In this document: piece after piece, positions 44,301-53,194 of the stretch
How the letters are laid out: each line of letters begins with the position of its first letter
How positions within the stretch are numbered: the stretch's first letter is position 1
Assembly: GCA_964645485.1 (NCBI GenBank)
Contig: CAZXZO010000007.1
Span: 441 to 64,440 of the forward strand
DNA length: 64,000 nt
Source: an uncultured Candidatus Poseidoniales archaeon
GTDB lineage: Archaea; Thermoplasmatota; Poseidoniia; Poseidoniales; Thalassarchaeaceae
Reading direction: 5' to 3'
Notes under the pieces: generated by a model
Database searches by the model: none
Told to the model about the DNA's origin: nothing
The model's input: the letters and a program-made list of their open reading frames with translations, nothing else
Made by a program: the position numbers and the translations under genes

Positions 44301-45276
44301 GGTGTCCTTTTGCCTCTTCTAAAAATGGAATGGCCCATTCTTCGCCACTTGTCACTAATCTTCTTGCTAGGAAAAATGCAGAAGAATATTCTTCATTTTT
44401 TAACAAATTTAATATATTTTCTTCATTATCACTCAGTTTTTCTTCAACCTCAGATTTCAACTCGTTTTCACTTTCAGAGGGAATTGCTACTTTTAGTGCT
44501 AAGGTTTCCATTTTCTTCAAGAATTTCACACGGGTACTACTATCTGGCTTAGCCCACTTTTCATTACCACTATCGAGCCGAGATTCCATGCGGGCCCGAA
44601 ATTTATCCCGTGGAGTCATTTGAGGAAAATGAGTCTGGGCTTGGTCATAACAAAACCATGCTTCATCGTATTCTTGCCGCTTTTCATGCAAGTGCCCAAG
44701 TTCTATCCAGGCTTCATGATTGAATGGTCTTTGGGCGAGTAATTTTCGTACTAGGCGAATAAATAATTGTTCATCTACTAATCGAACTCTTTCTAGTCTT
44801 CTTCCAAATAAAACATTAGCGCGCGGGTCGGTTAAATCCAAGGTAAAGAATCTAGCCTCTAATTCACCTAAAAATTCAGGAGTGATGAGTTGTTCCCAAT
44901 ATTCAGGGTCAAGTGGGTCTGCTGTTAGAGAGGCAGACAGTAAAGAAAAGCCGTGTTCAAGCATATCGACTTCTACAAGTTGTTGCAAATGTTCCGGGTC
45001 TCTTCCTAATACTGCAAATAAATCCTCTAATACCGCTCGTAATCCGATTTCATCTGCCGCTAAAGTTTTGATTTCTGCAAGAATTCTCCAATTTTCTTCG
45101 TGGGTAAAATCATGTAGGACTGCTTGGCGAGCACTCTGTTCTGCCCACTTCAAGTTTTGAGATGATGTTTCTGGGGTTTTTTGGGCTAATGCTAGAAACT
45201 TCATAGCTTGAGAGCGATGTCTATTGCCAAGACTACGGCGAGGATGTTGTAATGAGGAGCCACTACTATTCGCCAT
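44284..45276 (-). CDS. TPR-containing hypothetical protein
   Basis: TPR-like unit HEAWIELGHLHEKRQEYDEAWFCYDQAQTHFP; acidic Ser/Glu-rich segment near the C-terminus. Start moved to ATG 45276. The 3' end overlaps the convergent gene by 17 nt. Confidence 0.6.
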   Translation of the reverse strand: MANSSGSSLQHPRRSLGNRHRSQAMKFLALAQKTPETSSQNLKWAEQSARQAVLHDFTHEENWRILAEIKTLAADEIGLRAVLEDLFAVLGRDPEHLQQLVEVDMLEHGFSLLSASLTADPLDPEYWEQLITPEFLGELEARFFTLDLTDPRANVLFGRRLERVRLVDEQLFIRLVRKLLAQRPFNHEAWIELGHLHEKRQEYDEAWFCYDQAQTHFPQMTPRDKFRARMESRLDSGNEKWAKPDSSTRVKFLKKMETLALKVAIPSESENELKSEVEEKLSDNEENILNLLKNEEYSSAFFLARRLVTSGEEWAIPFLEEAKGHLSDQS

Positions 45277-45325
45277 GACCTGCTCTGATGGTTGGTTCAA
45301 TTGAAGTTTGCCAATTATTGAGTGA

Positions 45326-46591
45326 CTATAGTACTGATGTGAATGGCTTCTTGTCTCTGCCAAATGGGATGGTTGCATCATAACCAATTTTTGAGGTCAA
45401 TCCATCATCTGTTCTAGTTGGATCGAGGCTACTGCCTCGCTGGTTGCTTAGAATTACTGTGTCTTTGTCCGGTTGCCATCTTGTCATCAACGCCCACTCA
45501 ACTCTTATCGGGTCTGCTGGATTAATATCGGTATCAACTATAGTTACCGCTTTCATAGAGGGGTGGCCTTCAAACGCGGCCATAATCGCATTGTTTGCAT
45601 CTTCGCTAGATTGAGGTTCTATCTGAACAACTGCTGCAAGCCACCCTGAGCCTCCTGAAGTCATAACAACATCTCGGCAATCACAAACTTTGGAAACACT
45701 TGAGAAAATTGTCGGTGCGCGTGGGAGACCCATTAGTGCATGATGTTCTGCTAATCCCGGTAGTATTGCATGAAAAATAGGGTTGTCCCTGTGGTGAATG
45801 GAGTGCACTTCTATGACTGGTTGTTTTCGAACGTCATCAATTGTGCCCGTTATATCGATGTATGGACCTTCATCATCGTCTTCACTAGTGATTGATGCAC
45901 ACATAGCGTATTCAGCATCTGCAGGTACAGTTACACCATTTTCTAACGAGATAACTTCCATTGGTTTGCCGTAGAATTTTTGATATAAGGAAGAAGCCAC
46001 AGTAAGTTCATCAATTGGTTCATTGAATGACATTGCGGCTGCTAACAGCAGACAAGGGTCTGCTCCATTTACTATAGCAATATCAACAGAATCACCCTTC
46101 TCTCTGGCTTCATCAACCATTGTTCTGAGGTGCCTTGGCACTAATCTGGCTACCAGATGATTTTCATCTCGGACAAATTGGCGGTGGAAAGAAACATTGC
46201 GTATTCCATCATATTCTGCTATGATAATACTAGCCGACATGTATCGCCCTCTATCTTGTGGGTAATGATGCGGGATTGGTAGTTTCCTCAAGTCCACAGG
46301 CTCGATGGAATTCTCCATCACTGGGGCCTCTCCTTCACAATTAATTGGGGTAGAACGGTTATCCATTGCCCATTCTAAAGAAGTTAGTAATTGAGCAGGT
46401 TCAATTCCAAATTGTCGGGCCATGTTGTCTCTAAGGCAAACATTTGCCGCGGCTGAATGGCCGTCAACTCCCACGGGATTAGTGAACATTATGGCATCCT
46501 TAGGATTTGATTCGATTGCTAATCTCATCTCGTTAATTGGGTTTGTTTTGTCAAGCGTGACGGCCCCATTGAGATGGTCTCTAAATGCCAT
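45326..46591 (-). CDS. UbiD-family (prenylated-FMN-dependent) decarboxylase
   Basis: 421 aa. LPIPHHYPQDRGRYMSASIIIAEYDGIRNVSFHR, SGGSGWLAAVVQI and INPADPIRVEWALMTRWQPDKD fit the UbiD-family layout. Confidence 0.85.
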   Translation of the reverse strand: MAFRDHLNGAVTLDKTNPINEMRLAIESNPKDAIMFTNPVGVDGHSAAANVCLRDNMARQFGIEPAQLLTSLEWAMDNRSTPINCEGEAPVMENSIEPVDLRKLPIPHHYPQDRGRYMSASIIIAEYDGIRNVSFHRQFVRDENHLVARLVPRHLRTMVDEAREKGDSVDIAIVNGADPCLLLAAAMSFNEPIDELTVASSLYQKFYGKPMEVISLENGVTVPADAEYAMCASITSEDDDEGPYIDITGTIDDVRKQPVIEVHSIHHRDNPIFHAILPGLAEHHALMGLPRAPTIFSSVSKVCDCRDVVMTSGGSGWLAAVVQIEPQSSEDANNAIMAAFEGHPSMKAVTIVDTDINPADPIRVEWALMTRWQPDKDTVILSNQRGSSLDPTRTDDGLTSKIGYDATIPFGRDKKPFTSVL

Positions 46592-46691
46592 TATGACGGC
46601 GACTTAGATACATCGCTTGAAGGTTGGGGGACATCTAATTGAGTAAGGCTGAAATCGGCACCCTGCGCTTATGTCGAATGATTCCTTGCCG

Positions 46692-46741
46692 ATGGCCTCA
46701 TATATGCGGGGTAGGTCGGCGGCTTGCTTCAAGGTGTAATC
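46692..46741 (+). promoter_or_regulatory. S12 promoter/leader: ATGGCCT, TATA-like CATATATG, conserved TAGGTCGGCGGCTT, SD AAGGTG
   Basis: TATA-like box 46699-46706, motif 46712-46725, AAGGTG 46731-46736, ATG 46742. The same ordered elements occur upstream of EF-2. Confidence 0.55.
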
Positions 46742-47170
46742 ATGGGTAGAGGACTCTTTGCAGGTGCGAAAATGAAGCGAGACAGACAGCGATTTCGCTG
46801 GAAGGACCGTGGTTACAAAAAGCGAGTTTTGAAACTCAAACAAAAGTCTGACCCTCTTGGAGGTTCAGCACAAGCCAAAGGCATCGTAATTGAGAAGGTT
46901 GGTATTGAAGCCAAGCAACCTAACTCAGGTATTCGTAAGGCAGTAAAAATTAGTTTAATCCGTACTGGAAACAAGTTGACTGCGTTCGCACCAGGTGATG
47001 GTGCGATCAATTTCATAGATGAACACGATGAAGTCATGGTCGAAGGAATTGGTGGCCGCATGGGTCGTTCATACGGAGATATTCCTGGAGTTCGATTCAA
47101 GGTAATCAAGGTCAATGGCGTTTCACTTAATGAAATGGTTAGAGGCCGTAAAGAGAAGCCAATTCGCTGA
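46742..47170 (+). CDS. rps12: Small-subunit ribosomal protein S12 (uS12)
   Basis: [28 protein letters not shown], and [21 protein letters not shown] 46742 is preceded by AAGGTG. Confidence 0.96.
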   Translation: MGRGLFAGAKMKRDRQRFRWKDRGYKKRVLKLKQKSDPLGGSAQAKGIVIEKVGIEAKQPNSGIRKAVKISLIRTGNKLTAFAPGDGAINFIDEHDEVMVEGIGGRMGRSYGDIPGVRFKVIKVNGVSLNEMVRGRKEKPIR

Positions 47171-47179
47171 GGTGGAAAA

Positions 47180-47821
47180 ATGAGTGATGAAGTTGAAGAA
47201 GAAGTTGCAGAAGAACCTGCAGAAGAGAAAATCGTCAACGAAGCACCCATTGCAGGAATTGGTACACTTGTTTTCAACAAATGGGATGCAACTACAGTAT
47301 CATGTGAAGACCCAGGTATTGCACCTTACATCAATCTCAAGACTGTCGGTGTGCCACACACTGGTGGTCGACATGCAAATGCTTGGTTTGGTAAGAGCAA
47401 GTTGTCCATTGTTGAGAGATTTATCAACGGATTGATGAGAACTGGAAAATATACCGGCAAGAAAACCACTGCCACAAAATCCTTCGAGAACGCATTAGAC
47501 CGTATCGCTGCAAGAGATGATACGAACCCTCTACAAGTATTCGTAGATGCAGTAGCAAATTCAGCACCGATGGAAGAGATTACTCGGATTAAATTCGGGG
47601 CAGTTAGTCAGCCAAAGGCTGTTGACAGCGCCCCAATGCGCCGGATTGATGTTGCTATCAGACACTTGGCTACAGGTTCTACTCAAGCAACGCGAAAAAG
47701 TACGAGGACCCTCACTGAAGGAATTGTTACAGAAATTTCCAAAGCAGCCAATGGAGATGTTACGTCCTATGCAATTGGTAAGAAAGAGGAAGTAGAAAGA
47801 ATCGCTGCTTCTGCTCGCTAA
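47180..47821 (+). CDS. rps7: Small-subunit ribosomal protein S7 (uS7) with acidic N-terminal extension
   Basis: FNKWDATTVSCEDPGIAPYINL, and ERFINGLMRTGKYTGKK. The first ~25 residues are mostly Glu (MSDEVEEEVAEEPAEE). Confidence 0.95.
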   Translation: MSDEVEEEVAEEPAEEKIVNEAPIAGIGTLVFNKWDATTVSCEDPGIAPYINLKTVGVPHTGGRHANAWFGKSKLSIVERFINGLMRTGKYTGKKTTATKSFENALDRIAARDDTNPLQVFVDAVANSAPMEEITRIKFGAVSQPKAVDSAPMRRIDVAIRHLATGSTQATRKSTRTLTEGIVTEISKAANGDVTSYAIGKKEEVERIAASAR

Positions 47822-47822
47822 T

Positions 47823-47838
47823 CTTTCCGGATTTTTTT
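47823..47838 (+). terminator. Oligo-T terminator after rps7
   Basis: ctttccggattttttt lies immediately after stop 47819-47821 (T7 run at 47832-47838). Confidence 0.45.
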
Positions 47839-47937
47839 CAAGTCCATGGAATTGCTTTAACTTGGATATTCTATACTTGAAGTTAATAGTGCTAATTCAA
47901 TCACAATAAAATTACTAACAAGAGGTCTAGTGGTTAT

Positions 47938-49095
47938 ATGTCAGATTTAACAGACAATCCTAGTCCAATAAAGTATAATTGGGTAAATGCAGTTTTTCTT
48001 TTTGCAACTCCTATTTTGGCTCTAATTGGAGCAATATGGCACGGTTTTACTTATGGAATCACTTGGGTTGAAATTTGTATATTTTTCTTCTGGTATTTTG
48101 CGTGTGGATTGTCTATAACGGTTGGATATCACAGATTATTCTCCCACCGAAGCCATTCCGCAGTTTTACCTCTTAGAATTCTATATGCTCTGTTTGGGGC
48201 TGGCGCGTTTCAAAACTCAATTTTAGAATGGTGTAGTGATCACAGAAGACACCACAAAGATACGGATAAAGAAGGTGACCCATATAATGCGACAAGAGGT
48301 TTTTGGTGGAGTCATTTCTTTTGGATTATAATTGATGAAGAAGATGGCGAAGTAGACTATTCAAATGTACCAGATTTGCAAAAAGACTGGGTTGTAAGGC
48401 TTCAACATCGTTTTATTTTCACAATCGGATTTCTGGTAGGAATGGTAGCCCCTGCGATAATCGGCTACCTTCTTGGTGGCATTCCAACTGCAATTGGTGG
48501 GTTTGTATGGGGTGGTTTAGTTCGCACCGTTTTTGTCCACCATGGAACATTTTTGATAAATTCAGCAGCACATGTATGGGGTAAACAATCGTACACAACA
48601 AGTAACAGCAGCAAGGATTCTAATTGGCTTGCCTTTTTTACATTCGGAGAAGGGTATCACAATTTTCATCACGCATTCCAAGCTGATTATCGAAACGGAA
48701 TCAGATGGTGGCAGTGGGACCCGTCAAAATGGTGGATTAGGGCTTTCTCACTAGTAAAATTTAATTCCAATCTGAAAAGGACTCCAACTGCATCAATTGA
48801 GACTGCTAAAATGAGAACGTCTTTTTCTAAAATTGCCAATCAATCAGAACAAAACCATAATGAAACTACGATGAATGTTTTTGAATTAAGGAGCAATGAA
48901 TGCATACAGGCTATGCGTGACGCGTTGAGATATCTAGATGAGACGCGGGCGCAATTAAGCCGCTCGAGTTCAAACGCAAGGGACATCATTGTTGAGCAAA
49001 TCACTCAAACGAAAAATAAGATTAATGCAATCAATTTAGAGTTTCAAGCCATTTTAGATGAAATGACGAAACCTTCTCATCAACCATCCGTATAG
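47938..49095 (+). CDS. Membrane acyl-CoA/acyl-lipid delta-9 fatty-acid desaturase
   Basis: Three histidine boxes in canonical order: HRLFSHRS, HRRHHK, GEGYHNFHHAF. Four TM segments. A ~100-aa helical C-terminal extension, 385 aa in total. Confidence 0.9.
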   Translation: MSDLTDNPSPIKYNWVNAVFLFATPILALIGAIWHGFTYGITWVEICIFFFWYFACGLSITVGYHRLFSHRSHSAVLPLRILYALFGAGAFQNSILEWCSDHRRHHKDTDKEGDPYNATRGFWWSHFFWIIIDEEDGEVDYSNVPDLQKDWVVRLQHRFIFTIGFLVGMVAPAIIGYLLGGIPTAIGGFVWGGLVRTVFVHHGTFLINSAAHVWGKQSYTTSNSSKDSNWLAFFTFGEGYHNFHHAFQADYRNGIRWWQWDPSKWWIRAFSLVKFNSNLKRTPTASIETAKMRTSFSKIANQSEQNHNETTMNVFELRSNECIQAMRDALRYLDETRAQLSRSSSNARDIIVEQITQTKNKINAINLEFQAILDEMTKPSHQPSV

Positions 49096-49151
49096 GCTCC
49101 TTGCCCATCAGGAATTGAGGCTCTTGCCCCTTAATATGAATTACAAGGGTG

Positions 49152-49204
49152 GTGGCCTTTATGAACCGATGTTAGGTCGGCCGCTTCACCGAAGGTGAAG
49201 ACTG
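49152..49204 (+). promoter_or_regulatory. EF-2 promoter/leader: GTGGCCT, TATA-like TTTATGAA, conserved TAGGTCGGCCGCTT, SD-sequestering hairpin
   Basis: TATA-like box 49158-49165, motif 49173-49186. Perfect 7-bp hairpin CTTCACC (49184-49190) / GAA loop / GGTGAAG (49194-49200), ATG 49205. Confidence 0.55.
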
Positions 49205-51412
49205 ATGGGACGAAAAGAAGACAACATCGCAAAAGCAACAGAAGTGATGCATGATAGAGACCGTATTCGTAATCTCTGCATTGCTGCTCATATTGACCAC
49301 GGAAAAACAACTCTCTCAGATAATTTGATTGCTGGAGCAGGAATGATGAGTGAAGACCTTGCTGGTAAAAGCAGGGTTTTAGATTTCGATGAGCAAGAAT
49401 CTGCAAGAGGAATTACCATCAATGCAGCGTCTGCCTCTATGGTTCACGCAGTTGAGGGCACAGATTTCCTAATCAATTTGATTGATACACCTGGTCACGT
49501 AGATTTCGGTGGCGACGTAACTCGAGCAATGCGCGCAGTAGATGGATGTTTCATCTTAACTTGTGCAGTTGAAGGAGCAATGCCACAAACAGAAACTGTG
49601 GTGCGCCAAGCCTTGAAAGAAAAGGTGAAGCCAGTTCTATTCATTAACAAGGTTGACCGTTTAATAAACGAATTACAAGTAACTCCTGAGGATATGCAAG
49701 AGAGATTCATGGATCAGATTACCAAAGTAAACAAATTAATTCGCCAATTTGCTCCTGATGAATACAAGAAATCTTGGCAAGTCAGTGTTTCAGATGGCAC
49801 AGTTGCTTTCGGATCTGCTTACCACAACTGGGGTATTACTGTACCATATATGCAGAAATCTGGTATTTCGTTCAAGGATATCTTTGATTATTGTAATAAT
49901 GAAGAGCAAAGAGAATTATCCAAGAAAGCACCAGTACACGAGGTTCTCTTAGACATGGCAGTTACTCAATTACCAAGTCCAGTGGTTGCACAACCATACC
50001 GTATTCCTAATATTTGGTCTGGGGATTCCGATTCAGAGATGGGTCAAGCAATGATAAACTGTGACCCAGATGGTCCTCTTGCGCTCATGATTACTAAGAT
50101 TTGGATGGACCCTCATGCTGGAGAAGTAGCTGTTGGCCGTCTTTATTCTGGAACTATTAACCACGGAGAGAGTTTGTGGGCTATTGGGGGAAGTAAAGCA
50201 GAGCGAGTACAACAGGTTAGCATGATGGTTGGTGGAGACCGCATCTCAATTCCAAAAATCGTTGCAGGAAATATAGCCGCATTAACTGGTATTCGTTCCG
50301 CTGCAGCCGGTGTTACCGTTGCGAGGGATAAGGATATCATTCCTTTCGAAGCAATCAGGCATTATTCAGAACCAGTAGTTACAGTCGCTGTAGAGCCTAA
50401 ATCAATGAAAGACCTACCAAAATTCATTGATGCACTTCGTTCACTTGCAAAAGCAGATGCTTCCCTACAAGTTACAACCAATGCTGAAACCGGTGAGGCA
50501 TTGCTTGCTGGAATGGGTGAACTTCACCTTGAAATTACAACTTACAGAATTGAAGAAGAACAGGGAATCAAAGTCTCCGTTTCTGAACCAATTGTGGTAT
50601 ATCGAGAAACAACTGCAGGCAACAACCATGGGCGACCTTTCGAAGGTAAATCACCTAATCGCCACAATAGATTTTACATTGAAGTTGAACAACTTCCAAT
50701 TGAAGTTGTAGATGCTCTGCGCCAAGGAGATATCGGTTCAGGTACTATTCGGCCAAATGACGCAAAAGAAATTGGCAGGAAATTCGCTGAATACGGCATG
50801 GACAAAGATTTGATGCGCAAAACTTACGCTATCAATGGTACTAATGTTTTGGTCAATGATACTAAGGGTATTCAATACCTCCACGAAACAAAAGAATTGC
50901 TAATCGAAGCTTTCAATGAAGTATGCAAAAAAGGACCTATTGCTGAAGAACCACTAATGAGTGTCATGGTCAAACTCAAAGATGCAAAACTCCACGAAGA
51001 TGCTATCCACCGTGGCCCTGCTCAAACAATTCCAGCAATGAGAAATGCCATCAAGGGTGCTCTAGTAAGGGCTAATACTGCTCTAATGGAGCCTATGCAA
51101 AAAATGCATGTTTCCGTACCTAATGACTGGTTAGGTGGAGTCACAAGAGAAATTACTCAACGCCGTGGAGAAATAGAAGACATGCCATCTGATGGTGAAA
51201 TCACCACAGTTATTGGAAAAGTTCCAGTTGCAGAAACATTTGGTTTCTCAAACGATATTCGGGCTGCAAGTCAGGGTAGAGCGGTATGGAATTCTGAAAA
51301 TTGTGGATTCGAAGAATTGCCAAGATCACTTCTAGAGAAAGTAGTTGGAGAGATTCGTCAGCGAAAGGGTATGAAACCTGAAATCCCAGGTGAATCATAT
51401 TATTCTGATTGA
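49205..51412 (+). CDS. fusA: Elongation factor 2 (aEF-2)
   Basis: AHIDHGKTTLSD, DTPGHVDF, NKVDR, and the diphthamide-site context HEDAIHRGPAQ. Confidence 0.98.
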   Translation: MGRKEDNIAKATEVMHDRDRIRNLCIAAHIDHGKTTLSDNLIAGAGMMSEDLAGKSRVLDFDEQESARGITINAASASMVHAVEGTDFLINLIDTPGHVDFGGDVTRAMRAVDGCFILTCAVEGAMPQTETVVRQALKEKVKPVLFINKVDRLINELQVTPEDMQERFMDQITKVNKLIRQFAPDEYKKSWQVSVSDGTVAFGSAYHNWGITVPYMQKSGISFKDIFDYCNNEEQRELSKKAPVHEVLLDMAVTQLPSPVVAQPYRIPNIWSGDSDSEMGQAMINCDPDGPLALMITKIWMDPHAGEVAVGRLYSGTINHGESLWAIGGSKAERVQQVSMMVGGDRISIPKIVAGNIAALTGIRSAAAGVTVARDKDIIPFEAIRHYSEPVVTVAVEPKSMKDLPKFIDALRSLAKADASLQVTTNAETGEALLAGMGELHLEITTYRIEEEQGIKVSVSEPIVVYRETTAGNNHGRPFEGKSPNRHNRFYIEVEQLPIEVVDALRQGDIGSGTIRPNDAKEIGRKFAEYGMDKDLMRKTYAINGTNVLVNDTKGIQYLHETKELLIEAFNEVCKKGPIAEEPLMSVMVKLKDAKLHEDAIHRGPAQTIPAMRNAIKGALVRANTALMEPMQKMHVSVPNDWLGGVTREITQRRGEIEDMPSDGEITTVIGKVPVAETFGFSNDIRAASQGRAVWNSENCGFEELPRSLLEKVVGEIRQRKGMKPEIPGESYYSD

Positions 51413-51446
51413 GTAGTTAAAAATTAAACTATAAAATAGTCATTGA

Positions 51447-53135
51447 CTATGAAATCCTAATGAGTTGCCAGTCTGTTAATTGTCTGAGAATTGACAATGC
51501 AGGTGAATCGGGTAATTTGTCTAAACATGAATGGGCTAATTGATGGTATTCCATCGCTCTATCCTTTGCATAAGAGATAGAACCAGAAGCCTGTAATTCA
51601 CAAAGAACTTCATCAAGTGTATCTCGAGGAGTTTCCTCATTTCGAGATGCAAACACCTCGTTGAATGTTGGTAACTCACTTGGCTCTAAACTTAATGCAT
51701 GAATTGCAATCAGAGTTCTCTTTCCTTCTACAACATCGCTGCAGGCTGGCTTGCCTAATGTCTCACTATCGCCGGTAGCATCGATTAAATCATCCATTAA
51801 TTGGAAGCAAAGACCGAGGTTTTCGCCCCAATTAGCCAGATTCTCAATTACATCTGCCTTTGCACCAGAAAGTATAGCACCTGTTCGTGCGCAAGTTGTG
51901 AACATAGCAGCGGTTTTTCCCGAGATCATAGCCAAGTATTCTTCTTCACTCACATAATCTCTGTTTTCAAAATCCATGTCTAGTTGTTGGCCTTCTGAGA
52001 CCTTACGAACCATTTTCCCGATTATTGAAACTAAAGAACGGAAATCCTCAGATGAGATTTCATCTGCTTCACTCAAGATCTCAAAGGAGACTGCCAACAT
52101 TGCGTCACCAGCGTTGATTGCTGTAGGCATATCATATGCAATGTGGACCGCTTCTCTGCCTCTTCTCAATTCATCATTATCCATTATGTCATCATGTACT
52201 AGAGTGAAATTATGAATGATTTCTATTGCAGCACCTAGGTCATACAATGAATCAGAAGAGCCGCCACATGCATCTGCTACCAACCATGGTAATATTGCCC
52301 GGAGTCGCTTCCCTCCACCTTCAATTAGGTGCATCATGGCATTTTTCAGACGTTCATGGTTTGATTTGTCTAATGCTGTAATTATCCTACTTTCTACTTC
52401 CGAAGCATGGTCTTTTAATGCCTCGAGTAAAGTAGAATCAGCGCTAGAAACAACATCTCCAATGTGATGTACCACATTTTCTTGAAGAGAACTTACTTCA
52501 TCAAGGTGACCCCACCAGTTGGAGGCGAACCTTGTATAAATCTCATAGAACCAAGGGGCAATAATTTCGCCGTTTTCTGGCGAATTGGTGATTAAATCTT
52601 CTAATTGTGATTGGTTTACCCAGCGGACTTCAGATATTTCATTGGGATTAATGTGTAATTCTACATCAGCGCGAATTAACAGAATATGGTCTAATTCATG
52701 TTCGATCCATTTTTCGTCTGCTCTTGCTCTATAATGCATCCTGGTTATTAGATGAAAATTCTCAATCGGTAATTGTTCAGAAGTGATTCCAAGTTCTTGT
52801 TCCATCTTACGAATTGCAGCACGTTTGACTCCGAGGTCATCTTCCATTTCAGTTTCGCCTTCAATGTCAAGGGGGTGGCTGCAACAAGAGTTTGCCCACA
52901 CTGATGGAAATGTAATCTTAGTATCTGCTCGTTTTTGGATTAACATCTCATTTGAGGAGTTGAACATTAAGATACTGAAAGCGCGATGAAGAGTTCCTTC
53001 TCCGAGGTGACTATCTACTTTTGACATTGAGCCGATTTGACAATCATTTTCATCAACTAAGATTACCATTTCTTTCATCATTTCACTTTGTTCTTCATCA
53101 TATTCAGCGCCAAGGAATGGACTGTTCTCGCTCAT
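51447..53135 (-). CDS. Fusion protein: type-1 (Nudix) isopentenyl-diphosphate isomerase + trans-polyprenyl (geranylgeranyl) diphosphate synthase
   Basis: N-terminal half: HRAFSILMFN, FPSVWANSCCSHP, AAIRKMEQELGI (IDI-1). C-terminal half: first Asp-rich motif LVHDDIMDNDELRRG, second FQLMDDLID. One uninterrupted frame. ATG 53135 chosen (the ORF-track GTG is at 53147). Confidence 0.88.
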   Translation of the reverse strand: MSENSPFLGAEYDEEQSEMMKEMVILVDENDCQIGSMSKVDSHLGEGTLHRAFSILMFNSSNEMLIQKRADTKITFPSVWANSCCSHPLDIEGETEMEDDLGVKRAAIRKMEQELGITSEQLPIENFHLITRMHYRARADEKWIEHELDHILLIRADVELHINPNEISEVRWVNQSQLEDLITNSPENGEIIAPWFYEIYTRFASNWWGHLDEVSSLQENVVHHIGDVVSSADSTLLEALKDHASEVESRIITALDKSNHERLKNAMMHLIEGGGKRLRAILPWLVADACGGSSDSLYDLGAAIEIIHNFTLVHDDIMDNDELRRGREAVHIAYDMPTAINAGDAMLAVSFEILSEADEISSEDFRSLVSIIGKMVRKVSEGQQLDMDFENRDYVSEEEYLAMISGKTAAMFTTCARTGAILSGAKADVIENLANWGENLGLCFQLMDDLIDATGDSETLGKPACSDVVEGKRTLIAIHALSLEPSELPTFNEVFASRNEETPRDTLDEVLCELQASGSISYAKDRAMEYHQLAHSCLDKLPDSPALSILRQLTDWQLIRIS

Positions 53136-53194
53136 TGCCTCACCCACTATCTTATCTGAGGGGTTTTGCCTCTATAATGAGATGGTATAATCTC

